From an archaeon (GTDB lineage Archaea; B1Sed10-29; JAVZDC01), in the NCBI GenBank assembly GCA_038874115.1, contig JAVZDC010000001.1:138871-202870 (forward strand): a stretch of 64,000 bases of DNA, in the 5' to 3' direction. The notes beneath the pieces were generated by a model. It made no database searches, was not told the origin of the DNA, and worked only from the letters and a program-made list of their open reading frames with translations. Of the stretch, positions 1-8,753 are shown piece by piece (the stretch's first letter is position 1; each line of letters starts with the position of its first letter). The position numbers and the translations under genes were made by a program.

Positions 1-824
1 TCTGGTGGGTTTGCTCCAACAATATAAAACTTTGCATAATCAACTTCCTTTTTTATCAATGGAAATATCTTTTTAGCAAACCAAAGAACTGCGGAAATGT
101 TTGGTGCATAATCCATCCTTCCAAGAAATATTATTCTTCCTTTTTCTCTAATGATGTTTTCATACTTGGAATCGTTAAACTCTGCAAGATCAATCGCAGT
201 TGGGATAAGAGTACTCTTTCTTGAACCTATGTGCTTTTTATCCACGCTGGAAATAAAAATAAGTTCATCGAAAACTTCTGCTTGTTTTTTTTCATAAGCA
301 AACAACCTTGGATAATCAATAAAACAATAAATTTTCCAAAGAATATTTTTCTCTGCTTTCATCCTGCGGAATACATTAAGAGATAAAGAGTCTACATAAT
401 CCAAAACTTTTACTTTTGCGTCTACATATTTTGCATATTCAGCCATCCGCTCCAAACACACCCACAGCACATCAAACTTTTCTTTTCTATTCAATTCCTG
501 TAGCAATTTCACCATGCTTTCATGCTGGTAAAAATTAACTTGAAAAGGTAAAGAAGAAAACAAAAATTTTATTCCTAACTTGATTTGGTTTAAAGATAGG
601 GTAGATGTAACAACGCCTCTTCTTTCTTTTGGTAGTGGAGCCAGATAAACTTCTTTGCAAAATTTTTTCAGATTGTTAATGTGTTCTGGTTTTACTTCTC
701 CGTCATCGAAGGAAACAAAAGTTACATCATGGTCTTTAAGAGCTTCAAGTTGTTGATAAGTTCTTACTGCGTCCCCTCTTGCCCTGGAAGTCGGAAATCT
801 TGGGCACAGATAAAGTATTTTCAC
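1..824 (-). CDS. Glycosyltransferase family 1 (GT4-type), partial. The C-terminus runs off the window; the GTG start at 824 is preceded by GGTGAT.
   Basis: The minus-strand reading is open from 824 to 1 and translates to VKILYLCPRF...RGDAVRTYQQLEAL...GRMDYAPNISAVLWFAKKIFPL, a typical GT1 fold. An SD-like GGTGA sits 5 nt upstream of the GTG. It is not in the ORF track because it is truncated by the window edge. Confidence 0.6.
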   Translation of the reverse strand, partial: MKILYLCPRFPTSRARGDAVRTYQQLEALKDHDVTFVSFDDGEVKPEHINNLKKFCKEVYLAPLPKERRGVVTSTLSLNQIKLGIKFLFSSLPFQVNFYQHESMVKLLQELNRKEKFDVLWVCLERMAEYAKYVDAKVKVLDYVDSLSLNVFRRMKAEKNILWKIYCFIDYPRLFAYEKKQAEVFDELIFISSVDKKHIGSRKSTLIPTAIDLAEFNDSKYENIIREKGRIIFLGRMDYAPNISAVLWFAKKIFPLIKKEVDYAKFYIVGANPP

Positions 825-1018
825 GAAATCACCACAGGAAACATTAACCGAGACACCAGTAGATAATATGCCTAGTAAAAATATAAAGATATCTTGTATA
901 TTAAACACTTCACAAATTTTGGTTTTATAACTTACGCTTAATATAATAAAAATTAAAAGTTGATTGAAAAGTTCAAAAGATGAAAAAATATTTAAAGAAA
1001 AAGCACTATATATGAAGC

Positions 1019-1792
1019 ATGAAAGTAGTTATACTTGCTGGAGGATTCGGAAGCAGATTAAGTGAAGAAACAATTGTTAAACCAAAACCTTTGGTGGAAA
1101 TTGGAGATAAACCGATCTTATGGCACATAATGAAAATTTATTCCCATTATGGGTTTAACGATTTTATCATTTGTTTGGGGTATAAAGGACATATGATAAA
1201 AGAATGGTTCGCAAATTATTTCATTTACAATTCGGATTTGACAATAGATCTAAAAACAAATAAGATGGAAGTGCATGAAAATAATAATGAAGATTGGAAA
1301 GTCACATTAGTGGATACTGGACTATACACTCAAACAGGTGGCAGAATAAAAAGAATTCAAAAATATATCGGAAATCAAAGATTTATGATGACGTATGGAG
1401 ATGGAGTCGCAAATGTAGATATAAAAGCTTTAATAAAATATCATGAATCGCAGGGCAAGATTGCAACATTAACTGCTACCATTCCTGAAGGCAGGTTTGG
1501 AGCGCTACAAATATCTAAAGAAGGGGTTGTCAATTATTTCGGGGAAAAAAAAGATAATTTATCGAATTGGGTAAATGGTGGATTTTTCGTTCTCGAGCCG
1601 AAAATATTCGACTATATCAAAGACGATTCTTCAGTTTTCGAAAAAGATGTTTTGGAAAAATTAGTAGAAGAAAGACAACTCGTAGCGTATAAACATTCCG
1701 GTTTTTGGAAGCCGATGGATAAACTTAGCGACAAACTTAAATTGGAAGAATTATGGAATTCCGGAAACGCGCCTTGGAAAATTTGGCAGTAA
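1019..1792 (+). CDS. rfbF: Glucose-1-phosphate cytidylyltransferase (CDP-glucose pyrophosphorylase)
   Basis: The N-terminus MKVVILAGGFGSRLSEETIVKPKPLVEIGDKPILWHIMKIYSHYGFNDFIICLGYKG is nearly motif-identical to Salmonella RfbF/DdhA, and the 257 aa length fits. Confidence 0.9.
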   Translation: MKVVILAGGFGSRLSEETIVKPKPLVEIGDKPILWHIMKIYSHYGFNDFIICLGYKGHMIKEWFANYFIYNSDLTIDLKTNKMEVHENNNEDWKVTLVDTGLYTQTGGRIKRIQKYIGNQRFMMTYGDGVANVDIKALIKYHESQGKIATLTATIPEGRFGALQISKEGVVNYFGEKKDNLSNWVNGGFFVLEPKIFDYIKDDSSVFEKDVLEKLVEERQLVAYKHSGFWKPMDKLSDKLKLEELWNSGNAPWKIWQ

Positions 1793-1802
1793 GGGTTTTC
1801 GT

Positions 1803-2891
1803 ATGGAATGGGAAGAATTAAAAAATTTTTTTGCTAACAAAAAAGTATGTATAACAGGGCATACCGGATTTAAAGGAAGTTGGTTAACACAAATAATGAT
1901 CCTAGCTGGAGCTGATGTGGTTGGAATTTCGGTAGATCCTCCATCGCAACCAAATTTATTTCAGATTTTAAAATTGAAAGATAAAATAAAACATTATTAC
2001 GCGGATGTTACTGAATACAAGGATATCCAAGCAATCTTTTTGAAAGAAAAACCCGAAATTGTATTTCATCTTGCTGCTCAGCCAATAGTTTTTGAAAGTT
2101 ATAAGAATCCAAGAGATACATTCGAGATAAACACACTCGGAACAACTAACGTATTGGAAGCGATAAGAAATACAAGAAGTGTAAAGTGTGCCGTATTTAT
2201 CACAACGGATAAAGTATATAAAAACAATAATTGGATTTGGCCATATCGAGAAATAGATCAACTTGGTTCTGGGCTAGATCCATATAGCGTATCAAAAGCT
2301 GCGGCAGAGATGATTATAGAAACATATTCCAAAATATATTTTAATCCTGAAAAATACGGGGAAGAACATAACACTTTAATAGCCTCTGCGAGAGCTGGAA
2401 ACGTTGTAGGTGGGGGAGATTGGGCGCCATATCGATTAATAAATGATATAGTTAGAGCAATTTTTGAAAAAAAAGAATTGGTGATTCGAAATCCATATGG
2501 AATTAGACCCTGGAACTATGTTCTCGAAGTATTGGAAGGATACATGATGTTGGCAAAGCGCTTATATATGGGAGAAACCGCTATAGTTGGAGCATGGAAT
2601 TTCGCTCCAAATATTGAAGATCATATAACTGTAAAAGAAATTATTGAAATAGCAAAAACAGTGTTGAATACGGAGATTAAAATCGCTCTGGGAGAAAAAC
2701 AAATGAAGGAAGATTCCATCCTTTTACTGGATTCAACAAAAGCACGAAGAATTTTAGGATGGAAACCAAAATACTCTGCCTATGAGCGATTTACAAATAC
2801 TTTTGAATGGTACGGCAAATATTATTCTCACAAAGAAAATATGGAAGAGTATTCCAATAAAATGATATTGAACTTTTTTGGTGAAACTTAA
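1803..2891 (+). CDS. rfbG: CDP-glucose 4,6-dehydratase
   Basis: An SDR-type VCITGHTGFKGSWL Rossmann motif with collinear similarity to RfbG/DdhB (AAQPIVFESY, RAGNVVGGGDW, IRNPYGIRPW). It starts 11 nt after rfbF. Confidence 0.85.
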   Translation: MEWEELKNFFANKKVCITGHTGFKGSWLTQIMILAGADVVGISVDPPSQPNLFQILKLKDKIKHYYADVTEYKDIQAIFLKEKPEIVFHLAAQPIVFESYKNPRDTFEINTLGTTNVLEAIRNTRSVKCAVFITTDKVYKNNNWIWPYREIDQLGSGLDPYSVSKAAAEMIIETYSKIYFNPEKYGEEHNTLIASARAGNVVGGGDWAPYRLINDIVRAIFEKKELVIRNPYGIRPWNYVLEVLEGYMMLAKRLYMGETAIVGAWNFAPNIEDHITVKEIIEIAKTVLNTEIKIALGEKQMKEDSILLLDSTKARRILGWKPKYSAYERFTNTFEWYGKYYSHKENMEEYSNKMILNFFGET

Positions 2892-3356
2892 ATGTATGAG
2901 ATCGGAAACATTGAAGGTGTAATAATAAGCAGTAGAAAAACCATTTTAGATGATAGGGGATGTATACGACATTTTATGAAATGTACGGACCCTGAGTTTA
3001 AAAAATTTGGAGAAGTCTACTTCTCAGAAATATTTCCGGGGGTAGTTAAAGGTTGGCATCTTCATACAAAAATGGAGCTAAATTATGTTTGTATTAAGGG
3101 GAATATCAAACTTGTTTTATTGGATTTAAGAGAAAAGTCTCCAACTAAAAATAAGTTAATGGAGATCTATCTTGGGGAAAAAGATTATAAGCTAGTAAAA
3201 ATTCCTCCCGGAGTATTAAATGGATTTACTGCTATTGGAGAAGGTTCTGCAATTGTAGCAAATTTTACGGATATGCCTTACGACCCTGACGAAATTAAAC
3301 GCATCGATCCATGGGACAAATCAATAGGTTATAACTGGAAAGTGAAAGACCGATGA
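2892..3356 (+). CDS. RmlC-like cupin sugar-nucleotide 3,5(5)-epimerase
   Basis: RmlC core pattern: GWHLH, KLVLLDLREKSPTKNKLMEIYL and IPPGVLNGFTAI, comparable to RGLHyQ, DVAVDLR-SPTFG and IPpGfAHGF. Its start is adjacent to the rfbG stop. Confidence 0.65.
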   Translation: MYEIGNIEGVIISSRKTILDDRGCIRHFMKCTDPEFKKFGEVYFSEIFPGVVKGWHLHTKMELNYVCIKGNIKLVLLDLREKSPTKNKLMEIYLGEKDYKLVKIPPGVLNGFTAIGEGSAIVANFTDMPYDPDEIKRIDPWDKSIGYNWKVKDR

Positions 3357-4216
3357 AATTTGCAGTAGTCGGCTCGAATGGCCTTCTTGGAACACATCTA
3401 TATCTCAAACTAAAGGAGGTAAATGAGGAAGTTTTTGGCATAAGTAGAACCAAAAGTATTTTTACGAAGTATAACTGCGATGCTGCTTCTTTCGACGCCA
3501 TCGAAAAGATTATTTTAAAAGAGAAACCAGATATTGTAGTTAATTGTGCAAAATATAAAGGAAAGACAGATAATGCCGAAAAAGAAAGAAAAGAAGCGTA
3601 CATTTCCAACGTGGTGATTGTAAAAAATTTGGTAGCCATACAGAAAGAAATCCCTTTTAAATTGATACAAATATCAACTGATTGGATCTACTCCGGATTT
3701 GAGGAAGAAATATATACGGAAGAAAGTATTCCTTATCCTTTAAATTTTTATGGGTTATCTAAATTATTGGCTGAACAAGAAATAATATTTAAATCAAAAG
3801 ATTATCTCATATTGAGAACTACTGGATTATTTGGAGAAGAACATCCGCCAAAAAACTTTTATGCTAGGTTGAAATACTCTTTAGAAAAAAATGAAAAATT
3901 TTACGCTGCTTTTGACCAATATTCTCAACCAATTTCCGCATTAGAACTTTCTAAAATAATATACCAGCTATCAAAACAGAACGAGTGTGGACTTTTTAAC
4001 GCTACTGGCGGTGAATATCTGTCTAGATATGATTTTGCGAAAAAAATTGCAAGATTTCTAGGCTTGAATGAAGCACAAATAGAAAAAATATCATCAGATT
4101 TTAGAGAAATAAGAATACCTAAATATCTCAAAGTGGATAACTCTAAAATCGAAAAAAAACTGGGTAGAAAAATGAAAAATATCGATGAGATGCTTAAAGA
4201 ATTAAAGGTGACATAA
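3353..4216 (+). CDS. RmlD-like NAD(P)-dependent 4-ketoreductase (dTDP-4-dehydrorhamnose reductase family)
   Basis: MKFAVVGSNGLLGTHL Rossmann N-terminus, about 287 aa, typical of the RmlD substrate-binding family. It overlaps the epimerase stop by 4 nt. Confidence 0.6.
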   Translation: MKFAVVGSNGLLGTHLYLKLKEVNEEVFGISRTKSIFTKYNCDAASFDAIEKIILKEKPDIVVNCAKYKGKTDNAEKERKEAYISNVVIVKNLVAIQKEIPFKLIQISTDWIYSGFEEEIYTEESIPYPLNFYGLSKLLAEQEIIFKSKDYLILRTTGLFGEEHPPKNFYARLKYSLEKNEKFYAAFDQYSQPISALELSKIIYQLSKQNECGLFNATGGEYLSRYDFAKKIARFLGLNEAQIEKISSDFREIRIPKYLKVDNSKIEKKLGRKMKNIDEMLKELKVT

Positions 4217-4217
4217 C

Positions 4218-5552
4218 ATGAGAAATATAACATTAAAAAATAAAATGAAAAAACTTGTAAAAGAGTATTATAAAATTGAAGCTCAAAAAAATAAAAAAAG
4301 TGAATTTATATCAGTTACAGGCAAAAAATATGATGATAAAGAATTGTGGAATGGTATCGAAGCTATCTTGAAAGGGTGGTGGACTGAAGGGGAGTATAAT
4401 TTAGCTTTTGAAAACAAGTTAAAAGAATATGTGGGATGTAAATACGCTGTAACAACTAACTCAGGATCATCAGCCAATCTATTAGCTTTTATGTCTTTGA
4501 CTTCGAAAAAACTTGGAGAAAAAAGAATTCTTCCTGGAGATGAAGTAATCACAGTAGCTGCTTGCTTTCCAACCACGGTCTTTCCGATAATCCAAGCAGA
4601 AGCAGTTCCAGTGTTTGTAGATGTAGATCTTGAAACATATAATGCCAAAGTAGATGAGATAAAAAAAGCGATTTCACCAAAAACGAAAGCAATTTTAATG
4701 GCACATACTCTTGGAAACCCTTTTCAACTAGACGAAATTTTAAAGATAAAAGAAAAATATGATTTGTGGCTAATAGAAGATACATGCGATGCTTTGGGGT
4801 CTACTTATGCTGAAAAAAAAGTGGGTAGTTTTGGGGATTTGTCGACTTTCAGTTTTTATCCAGCACATCACATTACTACTATAGAAGGAGGGGCAATACT
4901 CACCAATAATTCTTTAATACACCGCATCGTCCGGTCTTTCAGAGACTGGGGTAGAGATTGCTGGTGCTCGACTGGAAAAAATGATACTTGCGGAAAAAGA
5001 TTTGGTTGGCAGTTAGGCAAGTTGCCATTTGGGTATGATCATAAATACATATATTCTGAGATTGGGTATAATTTAAAGATGACTGATATTCAAGCTGCGA
5101 TTGGATTGGCACAACTTGAGAAAATAGAAAAATTTTCTGCTATCAGGAAAAAAAATTTTAATTACTTAAAATCAAGAATGATTGAACTCGGACTGGATGA
5201 ATACTTTATACTGCCGAAACAAACTCCGAAAAGTGATCCATGTTGGTTTGGCTTTATACTCACCATAAAGGATAAATATGCAGATCTCATCAGAAGAAAC
5301 GAATTACAACAATATCTTTATAATAACAAAATAGATAGCAGAGTACTGTTCGCCGGAAATATAACAAAACAACCAGTTTTCATTGAAAATGAAATTAATT
5401 ACAAAGTGGTTGGGAATTTATCGAACACAGACAGAATAATGAAAAATTCCTTATGGGTCGGGATCCACCAAGGCCTTAATAAAAAGCATATGGAAAAAAT
5501 TGCAAAAAATATTGCTAATTTCATATATGATAAAATGAGGGGAATTAAATGA
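4218..5552 (+). CDS. rfbH: CDP-6-deoxy-D-xylo-4-hexulose 3-dehydrase (E1, PMP-dependent, [2Fe-2S])
   Basis: DegT/DnrJ fold carrying the E1-specific signatures. The active-site Lys is replaced by His (FSFYPAHHITTIEGG) and a Cys cluster with C-x1-C-x7-C spacing is present (RDWGRDCWCSTGKNDTCGKRF). Length is 444 aa. Confidence 0.8.
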   Translation: MRNITLKNKMKKLVKEYYKIEAQKNKKSEFISVTGKKYDDKELWNGIEAILKGWWTEGEYNLAFENKLKEYVGCKYAVTTNSGSSANLLAFMSLTSKKLGEKRILPGDEVITVAACFPTTVFPIIQAEAVPVFVDVDLETYNAKVDEIKKAISPKTKAILMAHTLGNPFQLDEILKIKEKYDLWLIEDTCDALGSTYAEKKVGSFGDLSTFSFYPAHHITTIEGGAILTNNSLIHRIVRSFRDWGRDCWCSTGKNDTCGKRFGWQLGKLPFGYDHKYIYSEIGYNLKMTDIQAAIGLAQLEKIEKFSAIRKKNFNYLKSRMIELGLDEYFILPKQTPKSDPCWFGFILTIKDKYADLIRRNELQQYLYNNKIDSRVLFAGNITKQPVFIENEINYKVVGNLSNTDRIMKNSLWVGIHQGLNKKHMEKIAKNIANFIYDKMRGIK

Positions 5553-6985
5553 AATTTATTGATCTTACGCAATATGCTTACAAACCTCCTAGCATCGAGG
5601 AACTTTGCGGAGAGATATTGGATAAAAGAGATGGTAGAAAAAAAGATTTGGCTGTAATCGTAGCCACAAGCGGATCGCAAGAAATACTTCATGAATTTTT
5701 AAACTTTGTTTCTAAACAATCATACAAAAAGTTTGATGTTATAATAATATACAATACTTTGGATCCGTTTTATAAGAAATTTGATAATAAGTTATCAATA
5801 CTTCACATCATTAGAAAAAAAAATCTAGGTTTTGGAGGAGCAGTTTATCTTGGACAAAAAATAGCAGTAAAAGAAAAATATAAATATATAACTTTTTTCG
5901 ATGTAGATCGGTTTGTTGTAAATCGAGATGCTTTTAAATTAATGATTGCCGAGTTGGAAAAAAACCCAAGGATTTCTGTTGTGATGGGGTTATGCGAATA
6001 TTCGAATAAAAAAGACTATAGATCAGTTGGTCCGTCTGTACTCGGCGGGATATTTAAAAGAGAATTTTTTGAAAATTATGGGTATTATTATCTTCCTTTT
6101 TACTTTGGTATGGAAGATAATGACTTTACGAGGAGGGTGTATTATTCAAAGGGGTATAAAATCTTGAATGAAGTATTGCTCACTCACCCATATCACACTT
6201 TTTTAAATACTCTTCTGTTCCTTTGGAAAAACTCAACAAAAAATATCTTTCCAACGCAAACAAAAATACTTTATACTTTGCCTGAAGTAGCAGGGGTGGC
6301 AAAATATGTGAGTTCCAAAGAGGTTTATGGTGTGGATTCTAGCTCTTGGAGAAAACTAAGGTTTGCAAGAGTAAGACATGCAATATACATATGGCTTCTT
6401 TTATTCAGATTCAATATAGTTTCTCGTCTAATTTTATCAGGTCTGGAAAAAACACTATCTGGTGTCTTACCCGGCCGTTTAAAATATCCAACTGTTATTA
6501 AGATGGGTAAAGATGTAAAACTTAAAATAAAGTTAGAAGAAATAAAGGACCCTCCTGTGTTTGATCAATTTTTCTATTCCGATAGTAAAGAAGTGAGAAA
6601 AATAATTGATGAGCTAAATATCAAATATAAAGAAAAAATTTCGATACCAGTAGACAAAGGGGCATTATCCAACATCAAACCAACAATAACGCTACTTACT
6701 TTTCCATATAAAGGAAAGGTGGCTTTTTATCATTCGACGATAGGATTATTCTGGAGATACTTCTTATTGAGATATATTCCGTTAGCTTTGCGATTAAAAG
6801 AATTTTATGTCATATACCCGGATGGAAAAGTATATAAAGTTTATCCATTTCGACAGGGGATAATCTCTTCGATACTTTGGAGTTTTTTAAAATCAACGTG
6901 GCAAACGTTCCAAGTAATTTATGCGTTTAGGCACATGCCGTCCACATATAAATATGGGTTGGAAACTACAAAACAAAAAGATTAG
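5549..6985 (+). CDS. Glycosyltransferase family 2 with an approximately 230 aa C-terminal extension
   Basis: GT-A motifs are present: LAVIVATSG, GFGGA, the DxD motif FFDVDRF and FYFGMEDNDF. It overlaps the rfbH stop by 4 nt. Confidence 0.6.
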   Translation: MKFIDLTQYAYKPPSIEELCGEILDKRDGRKKDLAVIVATSGSQEILHEFLNFVSKQSYKKFDVIIIYNTLDPFYKKFDNKLSILHIIRKKNLGFGGAVYLGQKIAVKEKYKYITFFDVDRFVVNRDAFKLMIAELEKNPRISVVMGLCEYSNKKDYRSVGPSVLGGIFKREFFENYGYYYLPFYFGMEDNDFTRRVYYSKGYKILNEVLLTHPYHTFLNTLLFLWKNSTKNIFPTQTKILYTLPEVAGVAKYVSSKEVYGVDSSSWRKLRFARVRHAIYIWLLLFRFNIVSRLILSGLEKTLSGVLPGRLKYPTVIKMGKDVKLKIKLEEIKDPPVFDQFFYSDSKEVRKIIDELNIKYKEKISIPVDKGALSNIKPTITLLTFPYKGKVAFYHSTIGLFWRYFLLRYIPLALRLKEFYVIYPDGKVYKVYPFRQGIISSILWSFLKSTWQTFQVIYAFRHMPSTYKYGLETTKQKD

Positions 6986-7034
6986 AATTTTAAATAATAT
7001 TTCTTAAGAAAGATTTAAATACTAGATCCACCGA

Positions 7035-7046
7035 AAAATATATATA
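7035..7046 (+). promoter_or_regulatory. Putative TATA box for a leaderless gar1-tfb transcript
   Basis: aaaatatatata lies about 20-28 nt upstream of the gar1 ATG at 7064. Confidence 0.3.
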
Positions 7047-7063
7047 CTTTACGGGTAGATTAA

Positions 7064-7294
7064 ATGAAAAAGCTAGGTAGAGTACTTTCTATTTCTAATG
7101 ATAATAAATTAATAGTCAAAACAGAACAGGTTGTAAAACTTGGAATGGAAGTATATGATGAAAAAAGAAGGCATGTTGGTACAATCATTGACTTTTTTGG
7201 GCCAGCGTATGGTCCATACGTTGTAGTTAGTGCGGAAAAAGAGAGTAATTTTTTGCTTGGAAAAGATCTTTTCGTAAAAGGAAAAAAAGATTGA
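7064..7294 (+). CDS. gar1: H/ACA ribonucleoprotein complex subunit Gar1
   Basis: The 76 aa product has GKDLFVKGKK and VYDEKRRHVGTIIDFFGPAYGPYVVV, matching the Gar1 beta-barrel signature. It sits immediately upstream of tfb, as in many archaea. Confidence 0.7.
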   Translation: MKKLGRVLSISNDNKLIVKTEQVVKLGMEVYDEKRRHVGTIIDFFGPAYGPYVVVSAEKESNFLLGKDLFVKGKKD

Positions 7295-7309
7295 AAAGGA
7301 GGATTTAAA

Positions 7310-8209
7310 ATGGCGTCTTGTGAATGTGGGGGAGAAATTATAGAAGACTTTGAGAGAGGGGTAAAATATTGCAAAAAATGCGGAAAAGTAATTGAGGAAG
7401 AATTGTTGGATAGAGGGGCAGAATGGAGAGCATATGATTGGTCTCAAAGGACTGAAAAAAGTAGAGCTGGAGCCCCAATAGATATTACAAGACCAAACAA
7501 AGGACTCCCTACTGAAATAGATCGGTTTAACAAAGATTGGAGAAGTGAGAAAATAACTTCTCCGGAAATGAAAAAAAGATTGACTAGCTTGAGAAAATGG
7601 AACAAAATGCTGCAGACATCGTCTTCGGTTGAAAGAAACTTGGCTATTGCGATGGGAGAATTAAGTAAAATTTGCGCTACTCTTGGATTGTCGAACAATA
7701 TAAAAGAAGCTGCTGCAATGCTTTACCGAAAAGCTGTTTCGAAAGGAGTTATCCGAGGAAGATTAATTGAAGCGGTAGTTGCAGCAATCGTGTACATGGT
7801 ATGTAGACAATATGGAATACCAAGAACTTTAGAAGAAATTGCGGAAAAAACAAACTTAAGTAAAAAGGATATTGGCAGAACATACAGATACTTGAAGAAA
7901 GATTTAGGAATAACAATGCCTTTAAGCAATCCAATTCACTACATTCCAAGATTTGCTTCTGAATTAAACTTATATGGAGAGGTCCAAGAAAGGGCGATTA
8001 AGATTTTAGAAGAAGCTATGAAGAAGAAATTAATATCTGGCCGGGGTCCGACTGGAATAGCAGCTGCAGCGATTTATATAGCAAGTGTTCAACTTGGAGA
8101 ACATAGGACTCAAAAAGAAGTTGCAGAAGTTGCGGGGGTCACAGAAGTTACAATCAGGAACAGGTATAGAGAATTAAAAGAACTTTTAAAGTTAGATTTG
8201 CCAAACTAA
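7310..8209 (+). CDS. tfb: Transcription initiation factor IIB (TFB)
   Basis: N-terminal Zn ribbon (CECGG...CKKCG) followed by two cyclin-like repeats; 299 aa. Confidence 0.9.
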   Translation: MASCECGGEIIEDFERGVKYCKKCGKVIEEELLDRGAEWRAYDWSQRTEKSRAGAPIDITRPNKGLPTEIDRFNKDWRSEKITSPEMKKRLTSLRKWNKMLQTSSSVERNLAIAMGELSKICATLGLSNNIKEAAAMLYRKAVSKGVIRGRLIEAVVAAIVYMVCRQYGIPRTLEEIAEKTNLSKKDIGRTYRYLKKDLGITMPLSNPIHYIPRFASELNLYGEVQERAIKILEEAMKKKLISGRGPTGIAAAAIYIASVQLGEHRTQKEVAEVAGVTEVTIRNRYRELKELLKLDLPN

Positions 8210-8210
8210 T

Positions 8211-8229
8211 TTTTTAGTATATTTTTTAC
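8211..8229 (+). terminator. Oligo-T tracts downstream of tfb (archaeal intrinsic terminator-like)
   Basis: tttttagtatattttttac directly follows the tfb stop codon. Confidence 0.3.
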
Positions 8230-8351
8230 TCCCTGCCAAATCAACTAATAAAAATTAATTACTCATCTATAAAGATAAACGAGTAAAGCGGTATTAATCG
8301 GAAAAAATATTTTTGTTACTTGCAAATGTTGAATAATCTTGTTTAAATCAT

Positions 8352-8720
8352 TCAACGACATTCCACTCTAACCGTGGGGAAAACTTCAGAAGATAAATAA
8401 TATTCTCCTGGCTCCAAATCCGGAATGTAAAAACTTTTTAATTCCCCCAGGTTTAGACTCATATTAAAGGACCAATACTTTTTTTGGGACGCAAAATAAG
8501 CAGTAGTATTTATCGGAGCATCTCCACTGTTTCTTAAGAAAATTAATTTGGTTTTTGCATCACAATTAACTACTTGGACTACTGTTGTTTTAACGAATTG
8601 AGCTTGGTGAGAAATAAAAAATAGAGCAACAATTCCGACAATAATAAGTAAAGAAAGCCCTCCAGCTAAAAAAGCTATTTTTTTAATTAAAATAGATTCC
8701 ATAGCTTTAATAAAATACAA
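8352..8720 (-). CDS. Small membrane-anchored protein, hypothetical
   Basis: Single N-terminal TM helix (IAFLAGGLSLLIIVGIVALFFI). It is divergent from the surface protein gene at 8754..10673. Confidence 0.4.
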   Translation of the reverse strand: MYFIKAMESILIKKIAFLAGGLSLLIIVGIVALFFISHQAQFVKTTVVQVVNCDAKTKLIFLRNSGDAPINTTAYFASQKKYWSFNMSLNLGELKSFYIPDLEPGEYYLSSEVFPTVRVECR

Positions 8721-8753
8721 AGATTTTTATTTATTTGCATTTAAAAAAATAAT

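Noticed and set aside
681-866. 61 aa plus-strand ORF from the track
   Set aside because: It lies antisense within the well-supported minus-strand GT1 gene (1..824) and has no RBS or homology, so it is a spurious ORF.
1968-4785. Several minus-strand ORFs (1968..2261, 3295..3639, 3925..4233, 4283..4648, 4549..4785) inside the sugar-nucleotide genes
   Set aside because: All are antisense to genes with strong homology (rfbG, epimerase, reductase, rfbH) and have low-complexity, hydrophobic translations typical of antisense frames in AT-rich DNA.
1019-6985. E3 (CDP-6-deoxy-delta-3,4-glucoseen reductase, DdhD/AscD) within the dideoxyhexose cluster
   Set aside because: No ORF in or near the cluster shows an FNR-like flavin/NAD fold with a plant-type ferredoxin domain. 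It is absent from this window and may be elsewhere or replaced by a generic reductase.
7064-8209. gar1-tfb adjacency as a novel arrangement
   Set aside because: This linkage is a well-known conserved arrangement in archaea, so it is recorded as features only.
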